64,000 nucleotides of DNA from Fibrobacteria bacterium. Lineage in GTDB: Bacteria; Fibrobacterota; Fibrobacteria; UBA11236; JADFYW01. This document shows, piece after piece, positions 9,406 to 19,573 of the stretch (position 1 is its first letter; every line of letters begins with the position of its first letter). Where the stretch lies: positions 512,001 through 576,000 of the forward strand of contig JBNKOC010000012.1 of NCBI GenBank assembly GCA_050294405.1, read 5' to 3'. The translations under genes were made by a program, and so were the position numbers. The notes under the pieces are model-generated. The model searched no databases. It saw only the letters and a program-made list of their open reading frames with translations, and was not told where the DNA came from.

Positions 9406-12400
9406 CTATTTGCGCTTCATTCGAAACATTTTAAACAGGGAAGAGCTGTTTTCACTCCCTGAGCTGGCCACAACTTTTAAATAATAAAGGCCATTGGATA
9501 CCGGACGTCCGCTTTCATCTTTTCCGTTCCAAACAATTTCCCGATATCCGGTTCCCGCCGGTTCCTCCAGCTTTTTAACCAACCGTCCTGCTCTGGAATA
9601 AATTTTAAGGCTCACTTTGTCAGCCCAATCGGTGAGTTGGTACACAATTATGACGCTATCGGCAAAGGGGTTGGGGTAGGAACCATAAAGCCGGATTTTT
9701 AATCCTTGTCCCTTTTTATAAACCAGGCTTTCTTCTATTCGGTTTCCGCTAATATCATAGGCCACAACAGTTAAGGAATCCCTTTGTATTTTACCCTTGG
9801 GTTCGTATTGGATCACACCTGATTTGGCGAGGGCACCCACAGGAGCATTTACGGTAGTTGTGCTGTCAATTTCCCGATTGCCGCTAATAATTTGGGGAGG
9901 GTGGAGGTAGTAGTCCAAACCAACATCATCTTTTAATGTGATTTGCAACGGAGAGTTTTGCGGAATATAATCTTCCTGTAGTAAGAATTGTCCCTGGGCT
10001 GAAAACTGCACCTTGGGCAGTACTTTGTCCTGATTATAAAACATACCATATACACCGGGTACATATAAACTAGCCCCAGACAAACTCCCACTTAAGCTAT
10101 CCAGTTTTAACCATTGGGACTGGGGAGGTAAATTATAGTGCCAGTAAGCCCTTTCAAGCGCGGCTTTTTTTAAAACGGAAGGCTGGCTGGAGTAGATTTC
10201 ATATTGTGTGTTAGCACTGCCATTCCAACTGATAGAATAATAACCGGAGTTGGCCTCCTCAAATTCGGCAGGAGATAAGTGCTCTGGAAGTGCAAAGCTG
10301 TTTTGGGTTTTGGCCTCAATGAAAAATCTTTTGGCCGTACCGGAACGGTTGATTATATACATAGTGGAATCTTTAGTATAAAGGCGTTGGGATTCGCTGT
10401 TTAAATTTTTTGTGTATATTTCAAAGCTGCTGTCTTTTTGATTGTTTAACATGTTGCTTTCCAGCAGGCTGTCAGAAGGAGATATAAAGAATTGCAGAGT
10501 CTTTAATAAATCTCCATCTTTCAAATCAAAAAACATAGAGTCAGACGCCCCTGAACCCAATTTTTGGCTATAAGTCTTAGTTTCGGTTTTTTGAACCACT
10601 CCATTGTCTAAAACATTGAGTTGGAGCTTAAAGGCCGAATCGCTACCAGCGCCATTATTGCTAAAGTGAACCCAAATTCCGAGTTTGTTTTGTACGGGAA
10701 TGGTAAAACTGTTTTTTCCCAGTTCTAAATCCGATGGCAATACAATCGGAGCCGTATAAACTTTGGTTTGAATTCCCGGTAAATCAATGATTGAGCCATT
10801 GTTGGATTGAACGCTTAAAGACATTCGTATTCTGTAAAATAAAACGGGATCTTTTATGTTGCTGGATAAATCAAGGATGGGAACAGCGGATAAAGTTTCG
10901 AAAACTCCAGGAGATTTTTGAGTTAACAATACTTCTTTTTGAGGGATGAAATCCGTGCTGGCGGCGCTACCTAAATAAAAAGAAACACTTCCTCCGTTTA
11001 AGGTTATTTCTCCATCAAGTTTTTCCAGCTTAAAACCAATTCTCACCGAGCTGTTGAGCCTTAATGGATTGGGTTTTACTACCAGCGAGTCTAACATCCA
11101 GTCCAAAGAATTAAAGGCGGCGTACTTTACTGTGGACTTTTTACTGTCCCACATATGGCTGATAACTTTTCCCTCTTCGATAACGGGGAAGTTTCCAGAA
11201 TTATTTGTGCGAAATTGAAAGGACTCCGAATATTCGTCCCCGGAAATTTCCAAGGCCCGGCTAAAATAATTGGAATCATTTCCAATAACAGATATCACAG
11301 CTTCCGGGTTTTCCAGGCTAATATTGCCATCGCTTACAAAAAGACCTGGTGTAGATGCTGTGGGAGAACCCTCTACTGTCAAAGCTTTTGTTGCCAAGGG
11401 AAACTCAATGGGAAGGGCGGGGTCTCCCAATAAATCAAACTCTCCCAGAATAGGGGCAAAGTCAAGGCCTGTTAATAAGCTGACCATGTTTTCGGCTGAG
11501 GCAATAATTTGGCCCGAAGTTTTTATCCCACCACTCAGTGTCTGTTTAAAGACCTGCTCGGAAAGAAGTGAGGCCGCCACAGAACTGATGTATCCAGAAG
11601 CTCCGTAAAAAGACAGCGCCCCTGCTTTCGGATAGCGAAGCATTTCTTCTCCCAAACTGCGGTAATCCGTGTCTTCAAAAAAACCGGTTAAACAGGTAAA
11701 GGATGTAATTAAAGGAATAGCAAATTCCCCCCGCAGAGAATCTCTATCTATTTCATCCATAGTTAACATACCCGCATCAGACCAGACCGAACCGCCTCCA
11801 TGTCCGGTAAAACTCACCAAATTAAAAGCGGAATCCATCATATCAAAAAGAGAAGGCCCTTGCCCCCTTGATCTGTAATAAGGGCTATTGGATTCCACAT
11901 CCCATCGGCTGTACTGCCTGTTGTTGTCAATTAGCAGACTTTGCAGATTATTGTTGTTCTTGGTGAATATGCTCTCAAATCCTCCCAACAAAAGGGCTTT
12001 GTTTTGCCAATGTCCATTGGGGCGCTCTTTTTCGTAATTTAATATTTTTTGAATCACTATTGAAAGACTGGGTTTGTCAATTACGGGTATGCGGCCAATC
12101 CACAAATCCTGAATATTATCTTCTCCAGAGATTTTCGCATAGTAATCATCGTTACTGGTAACTCCCCAGCCTGGAATATGTATTAAATGCGTTGGTACAA
12201 TATTTTGGCTTCGGCCTGCGTCAGTTTTATCAAATAACATAGTTGTTTCCCCCAATAGTAATACATATATGGGAGCCGGCCTTTTCCACTGATGGTAAGC
12301 GTAGTTAATAAAACTTTTTATGCTGGATGGGTTTGCGGTTCCATCACCAAAATTTGCATATATGTGGTCCGCCAGAACGGTTTGTACGCTAAGTCCCGAT

Positions 12401-14223
12401 TCTTCTCTGAGATTAACCAGGGAATCCAAGGCTGTTCCCAATAGTTTTTTTTGAGTGATAATTAAATAATCAGCTTGCAGAATGCTGGTCTTTAAATTTT
12501 GTATGGTATCCAGATATATACCCGGAGTTAAAAAATCTTCTTTCTGCATCAACAAATATTCGGTAAAAGAGTTTTGGTTGTCCGAAAAGGAAATTTGCAG
12601 CGTTTTGCCAGTTGAAATGGTATTAAAACCGGAAAGTTTTCGGCCTTCCATATCCCATAAGGAAAAATTGTTACCAGTTAAGTTTTGGATCGCAAAATTT
12701 GTAGAGCCTTGTTCTGAGGGAAAATTATTGTTGAACCTTAAATAGTTGCCAACTGCTTTTAACTGAGAGGAAAATTCAATTTGAATCCAATCCAGGTACG
12801 CGTCCTGAACTTCTACCAGGCCTCCTTCAGCAGTTCTCAAATCATTTATTTTTTGCAGGGTTAATATATTGCCACCGGATTTTAAAAGATCTGAGGGAAA
12901 GTAATCCGAAGTCCATATATAGGCATCTGTCCCTGACCAAAGAGCCTCGTTTTGGCGGCCGTTTATAAAGGAAATATCGTTGGAGTTTAATAAAAATTTA
13001 ACATGGTGGTCCAAAGGAGCGGTGAGAACATCGGTTATTCCCTGTAAACGCAAGGTTACGCGCGCCGAATCCCCGCCTAGTTCAGAATTTTCTTTGTTTA
13101 CAGGGCTATAATTCAACTGAAAGGCGATATCCTTGGCATCCTCATTGGGACCCTGATTGTCCCAAAACCAAAAATCAGACACAGAGGAACTGCCCACATT
13201 ATTTCCCAAATCCAAAACATCAGCTACAGCCACTCCACCCAGGCGGATGATTTTATTATCCTGTTCCAAATGAAGTTTTACCGGATAATGGGAAAGGGGT
13301 TTTATTTCTTTTTCTTCCTGCACAACGCCTGCGATGGCCCCTGGCACCGGGCTTAAAGGAGCCCGTAAGCCGTACTTGCTGTTATTCCAACTCATGTATA
13401 ATACGGCATCTTCCGTATAAAAGGAGTTGTAAGATTGGGTTCCGTTGCTGAGCAAACTTCCCTCGGGCCTTACTCCCAAAAATTCTATGTAGTCCTCTTT
13501 ATCAAATTTTCCGTCATTTTCCCCGTGTATGTATATGGGTATTTGCCTTCCTTGAAATATCAATTTGATGTATCGTGGATCTATGTTATTTAAAGGCAAG
13601 CCTGCATTTTTCAGTTCTTCAAATCCAAGCGTGTATATTTTTTCTTCACTGGTTCGGACGACGAGCCGTTCTCCTGTGATATCTTCCTGGACTGATGTTT
13701 TGGCCAGCGGGTTGCTGAAACTATTTTCCACAAACCTCCATTTTCTGCTTTGGGAGTAGTTAAGCAAGTAGCTTTTTAAAAACTGCTCAGAGGGATGGCT
13801 TTCTGCTGGGGGAAAACTTGGCCTGCTGCTGTTGGAAAACAAATTTTGGGGATTGAAAAAAATGTTGAACTCTACTTTTTGTAACAGGTATTGCTTAGCT
13901 CCCTCCTGGAATAAAGGGTTAAAATAAATTCCGGCCAATTCCAAATCCCTGAAGCGGCCCATTTTTTTTACTCCCGGGGAAAAGGCTTCCGCTTTTTTAG
14001 ATTCGGTAGGAACAGTTAGCAATTGTTTTTCAATAATTTTGTATTGGAGGGATGGATTGTGGTTAAAAGGAAGGGCAATCACCCTTTCTACTTTTTGTTT
14101 TGAGCCATCGCCCATAGATTGCTGCCATTTAAGCTGCAACATCCCAGAGTTTTCTTCCAGGATTTGCCAGGAAGCCCAGAGGGGGGAAAGGAGTACCAAA
14201 AAGGAGAATAAGTACTTCATCAC
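9406..14223 (-). CDS. secreted C25-family (gingipain/PorU-like) cysteine peptidase with C-terminal FlgD-Ig/T9SS-like domain
   Basis: Signal peptide; ADYLIIT, YVLLLG, IGRIPV, catalytic FTGHG and SFTC, LLGDPA; CARDB-like ESNMLNN; C-terminal YPNPF...IYSRAGRLV...WNGKDESGRPVSNGLYYLK. Confidence 0.85.
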   Translation of the reverse strand: MMKYLFSFLVLLSPLWASWQILEENSGMLQLKWQQSMGDGSKQKVERVIALPFNHNPSLQYKIIEKQLLTVPTESKKAEAFSPGVKKMGRFRDLELAGIYFNPLFQEGAKQYLLQKVEFNIFFNPQNLFSNSSRPSFPPAESHPSEQFLKSYLLNYSQSRKWRFVENSFSNPLAKTSVQEDITGERLVVRTSEEKIYTLGFEELKNAGLPLNNIDPRYIKLIFQGRQIPIYIHGENDGKFDKEDYIEFLGVRPEGSLLSNGTQSYNSFYTEDAVLYMSWNNSKYGLRAPLSPVPGAIAGVVQEEKEIKPLSHYPVKLHLEQDNKIIRLGGVAVADVLDLGNNVGSSSVSDFWFWDNQGPNEDAKDIAFQLNYSPVNKENSELGGDSARVTLRLQGITDVLTAPLDHHVKFLLNSNDISFINGRQNEALWSGTDAYIWTSDYFPSDLLKSGGNILTLQKINDLRTAEGGLVEVQDAYLDWIQIEFSSQLKAVGNYLRFNNNFPSEQGSTNFAIQNLTGNNFSLWDMEGRKLSGFNTISTGKTLQISFSDNQNSFTEYLLMQKEDFLTPGIYLDTIQNLKTSILQADYLIITQKKLLGTALDSLVNLREESGLSVQTVLADHIYANFGDGTANPSSIKSFINYAYHQWKRPAPIYVLLLGETTMLFDKTDAGRSQNIVPTHLIHIPGWGVTSNDDYYAKISGEDNIQDLWIGRIPVIDKPSLSIVIQKILNYEKERPNGHWQNKALLLGGFESIFTKNNNNLQSLLIDNNRQYSRWDVESNSPYYRSRGQGPSLFDMMDSAFNLVSFTGHGGGSVWSDAGMLTMDEIDRDSLRGEFAIPLITSFTCLTGFFEDTDYRSLGEEMLRYPKAGALSFYGASGYISSVAASLLSEQVFKQTLSGGIKTSGQIIASAENMVSLLTGLDFAPILGEFDLLGDPALPIEFPLATKALTVEGSPTASTPGLFVSDGNISLENPEAVISVIGNDSNYFSRALEISGDEYSESFQFRTNNSGNFPVIEEGKVISHMWDSKKSTVKYAAFNSLDWMLDSLVVKPNPLRLNSSVRIGFKLEKLDGEITLNGGSVSFYLGSAASTDFIPQKEVLLTQKSPGVFETLSAVPILDLSSNIKDPVLFYRIRMSLSVQSNNGSIIDLPGIQTKVYTAPIVLPSDLELGKNSFTIPVQNKLGIWVHFSNNGAGSDSAFKLQLNVLDNGVVQKTETKTYSQKLGSGASDSMFFDLKDGDLLKTLQFFISPSDSLLESNMLNNQKDSSFEIYTKNLNSESQRLYTKDSTMYIINRSGTAKRFFIEAKTQNSFALPEHLSPAEFEEANSGYYSISWNGSANTQYEIYSSQPSVLKKAALERAYWHYNLPPQSQWLKLDSLSGSLSGASLYVPGVYGMFYNQDKVLPKVQFSAQGQFLLQEDYIPQNSPLQITLKDDVGLDYYLHPPQIISGNREIDSTTTVNAPVGALAKSGVIQYEPKGKIQRDSLTVVAYDISGNRIEESLVYKKGQGLKIRLYGSYPNPFADSVIIVYQLTDWADKVSLKIYSRAGRLVKKLEEPAGTGYREIVWNGKDESGRPVSNGLYYLKVVASSGSENSSSLFKMFRMKRK

Positions 14224-14999
14224 TCTGGCTTTAGCCGATAAAAATACGAGCAGCTTAAGGTTTGATAACGGTTAACAGGGTTGTTATTTGGCACTTCTGT
14301 GGATTTTATGCACCATTTTACCATGACTGTATCGGAAGGAAAAGGAAACTGCAAGGAATCTTTGGCCTCGTCGGTCCGGTAATATATGGAGGCATCAGTG
14401 GAGTTAAAAGGAAAATTTTGCTTTTGAATGTATTCGCGCTTGCCATTAACATACAAGAAGGCGTAAAAGTCGTAGTGCACGCCGCGGTCGTGAGCGGACT
14501 GGACCTGGAAAATACTTTTCAAGCTGTTGCTGTAGCTGCCTTGGGCTGGTGATAACATATTCACTTTGGGTAGCAAACCTATTTTTTGATATACAATATC
14601 CCGGCTTCTCCATTCCTGCCCGGTAAATTCTTCATAAACTCCTTCCACTCCAAAATAAATTTGAGACCAACTGCTATCCAATGAAGGAAAATTCAAAATT
14701 AAACTCCTGCGCTGGGCGGAAACTTTTTTAATCAGGATTTCCGAGGTACCCGATTCCTCCAGGCGGTAATAAATATCAAAATAGCTAAGGCGCGAAGAAT
14801 CTTTTTCGCTCACCTCCCAATGAAGCTCCACTCCAAGAGAAGTTTCAAGACTATCGGAAAGAGCCAACTGGACGGAGATTATATCCACCGCATCGATTAA
14901 AATATCTTTTTGCTCGGAACAGGCGATAAATGCCCATAGAAAAACAGGAGTTAAACTAATTAACCCAAAAGCATTTTTGAATTTGGCCGAAAACTCCAT
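14220..14999 (-). CDS. putative lipoprotein, beta-rich (FN3-like)
   Basis: Lipobox-like FIAC after a hydrophobic stretch; VELHW...FDIYYR; overlaps the start of the C25 gene. Confidence 0.6.
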   Translation of the reverse strand: MEFSAKFKNAFGLISLTPVFLWAFIACSEQKDILIDAVDIISVQLALSDSLETSLGVELHWEVSEKDSSRLSYFDIYYRLEESGTSEILIKKVSAQRRSLILNFPSLDSSWSQIYFGVEGVYEEFTGQEWRSRDIVYQKIGLLPKVNMLSPAQGSYSNSLKSIFQVQSAHDRGVHYDFYAFLYVNGKREYIQKQNFPFNSTDASIYYRTDEAKDSLQFPFPSDTVMVKWCIKSTEVPNNNPVNRYQTLSCSYFYRLKPE

Positions 15000-15026
15000 G
15001 ATTTTGGAAGGAACATATTCGGGCCT

Positions 15027-15779
15027 TTAAAAACGCCACAACACAATGCCAACTCCCAGGGACAATACGGATAATAACCCCATTGCATTGCGTTTTTTAA
15101 TATGATCTTCCAATTCATTGTACAATTTATCGTAATCTGATGCACCGTCTACTTTGTGCCTATCATATGCTTCGTTGGCGTCTCTGGCAAGTCTCTCTTC
15201 GTTTAATGCCAAGACAAAAGATAGAGCGGAGAGGGAAAATGCCGTGATTTTTCCGATTTTTTTCCAATTGAGAGGGGGCTGTTCTGGAGCCGCTGGTCCG
15301 GTGGCGAATTCGCCAGTGACCAAGTTTCTCAATTGCACTTCTTTATTCAAGACCTCTGAAGTTTTGATTAAAACTTTAAAACTGGTGTCCGCATAACCCT
15401 CAGGGCCGGTTATTTCCACCCAATGTCCTCCAGCGGGAATTAAAATCATATCGGAAAGGCCCACAGTGGTTTCTCTGTCTAGCCGAATACTTTTAAATCC
15501 GGGAAAAATGGTCATGGATAAGTAGCCGTAATTTATTTCTCCATCTGACATGGGTTTTAGAGTGTCTCCCATGGGCTGGCTATTGGCTTTGGATTCGGTG
15601 GAATCAACAACATCTGTTTGCACAAGGCTATCTACCGCCTGGGAGGAGTCGGCTTTTAAATTGAATTTGGTAATATCAAAACGACCCTGCCCCTGAATTT
15701 GGCTATATAAACCCAGAAAAACCAGGAACGATGCGATTGCTGCCCCTCGAACAATTCCCAATTTTCTTATTAAACTCAA
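15027..15779 (-). CDS. exported hypothetical protein with PEGA-like domain and hydrophobic C-terminal hairpin
   Basis: Signal peptide; GYLSMT...PAGGHWVEITGPEGY (PEGA-like); C-terminal architecture ending GVGIVLWRF. Confidence 0.5.
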   Translation of the reverse strand: MSLIRKLGIVRGAAIASFLVFLGLYSQIQGQGRFDITKFNLKADSSQAVDSLVQTDVVDSTESKANSQPMGDTLKPMSDGEINYGYLSMTIFPGFKSIRLDRETTVGLSDMILIPAGGHWVEITGPEGYADTSFKVLIKTSEVLNKEVQLRNLVTGEFATGPAAPEQPPLNWKKIGKITAFSLSALSFVLALNEERLARDANEAYDRHKVDGASDYDKLYNELEDHIKKRNAMGLLSVLSLGVGIVLWRF

Positions 15780-15904
15780 TTGGACCTGTGCTTTAACCCT
15801 AGATTTACACCAAATAAGATTTTCAAAAAAAAATCTCTGATAATTATTTAATTTAATTTAATAAATACAGGAAAAAGGCCGGATAGAAAACCCCTAATAA
15901 AAAT

Positions 15905-16342
15905 ATGAAAAATTTTAAAAAGCTATTTGAAGAAGCCGAACAAAAATACAAAAGCTATTTAAAACTCCGGTCTATGTTCTACACCAAGGAGCGCAAGACT
16001 ATTTTGGATTGCGTCTTAAAAAGGCAGGACCATTTTTCAGCTGACGAACTTTTTTTAGATATCCAAACCCAAAAAATCAGGGTATCCCGCGCCACTATAT
16101 ACAGATGTTTACATCAAATGGTGGAATGCGGTATTTTATTTGAAGCGGATTTTGGACATGGACACGCTCATTATGAGGTGGCGCACGAAGGGGACACCCA
16201 CATCCATCTTATTTGCACCCGAACTGGAACTGTAAAAGAAGTGCAGGATAAAGAACTGGATGTTTTAATTGCGAAAATTGCCAAAAAAGAAAACCTGGAT
16301 TTAAAACACCAAAAAATTCAGTTATTTGGCGAATTGAAATAG
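15905..16342 (+). CDS. Fur-family transcriptional regulator
   Basis: TKERKTIL, HFSADEL, VSRATIYR, YE...HIHLIC; the CxxC motifs are incomplete. Confidence 0.9.
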   Translation: MKNFKKLFEEAEQKYKSYLKLRSMFYTKERKTILDCVLKRQDHFSADELFLDIQTQKIRVSRATIYRCLHQMVECGILFEADFGHGHAHYEVAHEGDTHIHLICTRTGTVKEVQDKELDVLIAKIAKKENLDLKHQKIQLFGELK

Positions 16343-16428
16343 TCGGGACAAGATTCCGGCGAAGGGCGACCGATAGCGCTTAAATTACCGACCCGGCAAG
16401 CTTGAAGAAGCCTGCAACTCCCAATTTT

Positions 16429-17007
16429 TTAATAATCTCCGGAGATTAATCCATGAGAACGCAGCGCATGTAAAATCCGTTCGTGAACTGTGTTTATGGG
16501 AGCAGAACCATCCACAGGAAGAAAAATATTTCTTTCGTTATAAAGTTGGATGAGAGGCTCGGTATGCTTGTGAAAAATTTCAAAGCGCTTCACGAGGGCC
16601 TCTTCGTTGTCATCTGCACGAACAGCTTTTCCATCCTTTCTTCCCTGGGCCCTTTGCATGGCAATATCCTGGCTTAACTCCAGGTGAATCACCCCGGCAA
16701 TTTCGTATTTGGCAAATAAATATTCAGCCTGGGCTCTGTTACGGGGAAAACCATCTAACAAAAAACTGTATTTGAAATCGTGAATATCCAATCGACGCTG
16801 AACCAGGTCAATCATCAAGTCATCGCTGGCAAGATTGCCTTTGTTAATGGCCTTTAATTTACCGCCAAAGGTGGTGCGATGGGCCAAGTGCCAACGGCAA
16901 AGTGCGCCAGTCCCAATATGAACCCAGCCTAGTTTTTCTTCTAGCATGCGAGCTTGGGTGCCTTTTCCGGAGCCCTGAATCCCTGAAATAATAAAATGCT
17001 TTGCCAT
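16429..17007 (-). CDS. adk: adenylate kinase, short LID-less type
   Basis: GIQGSGKGTQA P-loop, LLDGFPRN, RADDNEE. Confidence 0.88.
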   Translation of the reverse strand: MAKHFIISGIQGSGKGTQARMLEEKLGWVHIGTGALCRWHLAHRTTFGGKLKAINKGNLASDDLMIDLVQRRLDIHDFKYSFLLDGFPRNRAQAEYLFAKYEIAGVIHLELSQDIAMQRAQGRKDGKAVRADDNEEALVKRFEIFHKHTEPLIQLYNERNIFLPVDGSAPINTVHERILHALRSHGLISGDY

Positions 17008-17304
17008 TTGAATTTCCCAACTTGTTAATATTTTGAATATAATTTGCTGCTACAGCATTTTCCCAGAATTTTGGAGCACTTTTTTCCAATATGGTACATC
17101 TTCCAGATTGTACTACTTAAATTAAAAGAAACGAGAGTATTTTATGCCTGGCTCTACCTACAACATCCTGAAAGGAAAAAATTGGAGAAAGAGCAAAATG
17201 CGGCTATCCATAAAACCGAAATTTTTATATCTCAAGAAGAGGTTCTTTTTGCTAATTAATAGCAAATTGGCTATTCCAAATAAGCCATATGAAGGAAGAT
17301 TAAA

Positions 17305-18276
17305 ATGATACTTATTACCGGAGCTGCTGGATTTATCGGGTGTAACATTGCCCGAAAATTTAATGAACTTGGAGAAACAGATTTATTGTTGACCGACAGT
17401 CTGGGTACTGGTTCCAAATGGAAAAACCTGGTGGATTTGCGTTACTCCGACTACATGGAAAAAGAATATTTGCTGGATTATCTGGAAAAAGACAATAACA
17501 TTAAACTAAAAGCCATTTTTCATCTTGGGGCCTGCTCATCCACCACGGAACAAGATGCCAGTTATTTGGTGGATAACAATTACGAATACACTAAAGAATT
17601 GGCCAAGTGGGCTGTGAACCGTAAAATTCCCTTTATCTATGCTTCCTCTGCGGCTACCTATGGAGATGGCAGTTTAGGATATAACGACAACGAACAGGAA
17701 ATACATAAGCTGCGGCCTTTGAATATGTATGGCTATTCCAAACAAATGTTTGATTTGTGGGCCCTAAAGCACAATCTTTTTAATAAGATTCACGGAATTA
17801 AATACTTTAATGTATACGGCCCATACGAATTCCACAAAGGCCCCATGCGCAGCATGGTGTTAAAGGCCTATGAGCAGATTAAGGCCACGGGTATGGTAAA
17901 ACTTTTCAAATCGGATCATCCCGATTACAAAGACGGCGAACAAATGAGAGACTTTATATACATCGAAGATGCAGTGGAAATGACCATTAGCTTTTTTATG
18001 CTTCGCACAGCGCCTCCTGGCATCTACAATGTGGGCACCGGAAAAGCCCGCAGTTGGAATGACATGATGGTGGCGCTTTTCAAAAGCCTTAATTTGCCTG
18101 TGCGCATCGAATACATCGATATGCCCCAGGAATTAAAAAAGAAATACCAGTATTTTACCGAAGCCAACATGCAAAAATTAACCCGTGGCGGTTTTGGCAA
18201 ATATATCAGTACTTTAGAAGAAGGTGTGGAAAAATACGCCGCTTTTCTGGAATCCAGGGCCGGGGAGTTTATTTAG
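17305..18276 (+). CDS. hldD: ADP-L-glycero-D-manno-heptose 6-epimerase
   Basis: ITGAAGFIG, FHLGACSSTTE, YASSAATYG, PLNMYGYSK, KYFNVYGP.EFHKG.M, YQYFTEA. Confidence 0.95.
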   Translation: MILITGAAGFIGCNIARKFNELGETDLLLTDSLGTGSKWKNLVDLRYSDYMEKEYLLDYLEKDNNIKLKAIFHLGACSSTTEQDASYLVDNNYEYTKELAKWAVNRKIPFIYASSAATYGDGSLGYNDNEQEIHKLRPLNMYGYSKQMFDLWALKHNLFNKIHGIKYFNVYGPYEFHKGPMRSMVLKAYEQIKATGMVKLFKSDHPDYKDGEQMRDFIYIEDAVEMTISFFMLRTAPPGIYNVGTGKARSWNDMMVALFKSLNLPVRIEYIDMPQELKKKYQYFTEANMQKLTRGGFGKYISTLEEGVEKYAAFLESRAGEFI

Positions 18277-18751
18277 CCCCGCAGCTTTTGCAAAGCCCCT
18301 TAAATTCCAGCCGGTGTTCGGTTATTTTAAAACCCGTTTTAGCCTGAATTTTAATTAAAAAATCCTGGGGCAAACATTGATGTAAATGAATAATTTCATC
18401 GCAATTTTGACAGGATATATGGTGGTGATGGTGGTGGTCGGAGCGTTCCTTAATGGCGTAATGGCTGACTTTTGTGCCCGGCAATTGAAACTCTTCCACA
18501 ACATCAATTTCTTTTAAAGCTTCCAATATTCTATATACGGTGCTTTCGTGATGAAGCCCCTTTTTTTGAACGCATAAATGCAGGGAGTTTAAAGACCAGC
18601 TTTTTTTTTCTTCCAGAAGCTTTTCCAAAACCAGTTTTCTGTTGGATGTCCATTTTAAACCCTCTTCCCGCATTTTGTTTTTAATCCACAACAGCTCTTT
18701 TTTCGCCTGAGAAGAAAGGCTGGCTTGCTGGGCGTTATTTTCGGATAACAT
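18269..18751 (-). CDS. Fur-family regulator, probably Zur
   Basis: STVYRIL, HHHHHHISCQNC, FKGLCKSC (two CxxC); directly downstream of the ZIP gene. ATG 18751 preferred. Confidence 0.85.
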   Translation of the reverse strand: MLSENNAQQASLSSQAKKELLWIKNKMREEGLKWTSNRKLVLEKLLEEKKSWSLNSLHLCVQKKGLHHESTVYRILEALKEIDVVEEFQLPGTKVSHYAIKERSDHHHHHHISCQNCDEIIHLHQCLPQDFLIKIQAKTGFKITEHRLEFKGLCKSCGAK

Positions 18752-19502
18752 GTTTATTTTCCCCGTGGTGATGGGTATGAGCGTCCAAATGGTAAAATCC
18801 GAAAATAAGGGAAAGTCCAAGGGGGATGAATAGCCAGCCGGATTTTATGGGTTTGTGTCGCAACATTTTATTTAATCTGGGAAGGGTGCCCGAAATAGCC
18901 ACAAACAATAACATGCCGGTGGAAAAGCCTAAAAGCGGGTCTATCCAACTTTCAAAATGCACGTCAAAATTTTGAATACCAAAAAAGGCCGCTGGACTCA
19001 TGGCTAAATACAAAAGGGCTAAAGCCCATTTTTGCCAGGGTACCAGAGTAGAAGAATAAACTATGCGGGCCACCATAAAAGAAACCGTTAGTTTGTGGGC
19101 ATACATCCCCAAGGCGATGTGGGAGTACCAACTGGGGTCCAGAAGCCCCATAAAAAAACCATCGTTAGTGGAGCAAACCACCATGGAAATTAAGGAAAGC
19201 AGGCCGAACTCCAGATTGTCCCCACCGCTTTGACAACATACATCGTGTTTATGGGTTTTGCGGTTTAAAAGCCACATAAACAAAAGCCCCAGAGCAAACA
19301 TGAAAAAGGTGAATTTGCTACCTAAAAAAACGTGGGGAACCAATACTGAAAAAATGTATCCCAATAATATTCCCGAAAAGATGAGGTAAAAAGCGTCCTG
19401 CACGCTTTGCCGATTTAAGGACTTTATCCAATAGGGGCTTAGTCCTAAGGCAAAACCCAGAAGTCCAAAGCCCAATATTCCACTGCCCAATGTCAAATTC
19501 AT
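18735..19502 (-). CDS. ZIP-family divalent metal (zinc) transporter
   Basis: About 8 TM helices; SGILLG...LVPH, His/Cys loop HKHDVCC, CSTNDG (variant of HxxxDG), AHKL, FSTGMLLFVA, His-rich tail. Confidence 0.75.
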   Translation of the reverse strand: MNLTLGSGILGFGLLGFALGLSPYWIKSLNRQSVQDAFYLIFSGILLGYIFSVLVPHVFLGSKFTFFMFALGLLFMWLLNRKTHKHDVCCQSGGDNLEFGLLSLISMVVCSTNDGFFMGLLDPSWYSHIALGMYAHKLTVSFMVARIVYSSTLVPWQKWALALLYLAMSPAAFFGIQNFDVHFESWIDPLLGFSTGMLLFVAISGTLPRLNKMLRHKPIKSGWLFIPLGLSLIFGFYHLDAHTHHHGENKHVIRK

Positions 19503-19524
19503 GGAAAATCAATTTATTTGTTTA

Positions 19525-19557
19525 ATTTCTAAATGCAAGTCACTTGCATTTAGAAAT
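19525..19557. promoter_or_regulatory. perfect 15-bp inverted repeat, candidate Zur operator
   Basis: ATTTCTAAATGCAAG-TCA-CTTGCATTTAGAAAT between the divergent ZIP-zur operon and the DUF3810-like gene. Confidence 0.7.
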
Positions 19558-19573
19558 ATTTATTTTTGAGGCC

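Noticed and set aside
15839..15867. AT-rich near-palindrome upstream of the first fur gene as a Fur box
   Set aside because: Low-complexity A/T tract with a poor match to GATAATGATAATCATTATC; not distinguishable from background.
17044..17259. 71-aa ORF between adk and hldD
   Set aside because: TTG start in a divergent promoter region, no motif or RBS.
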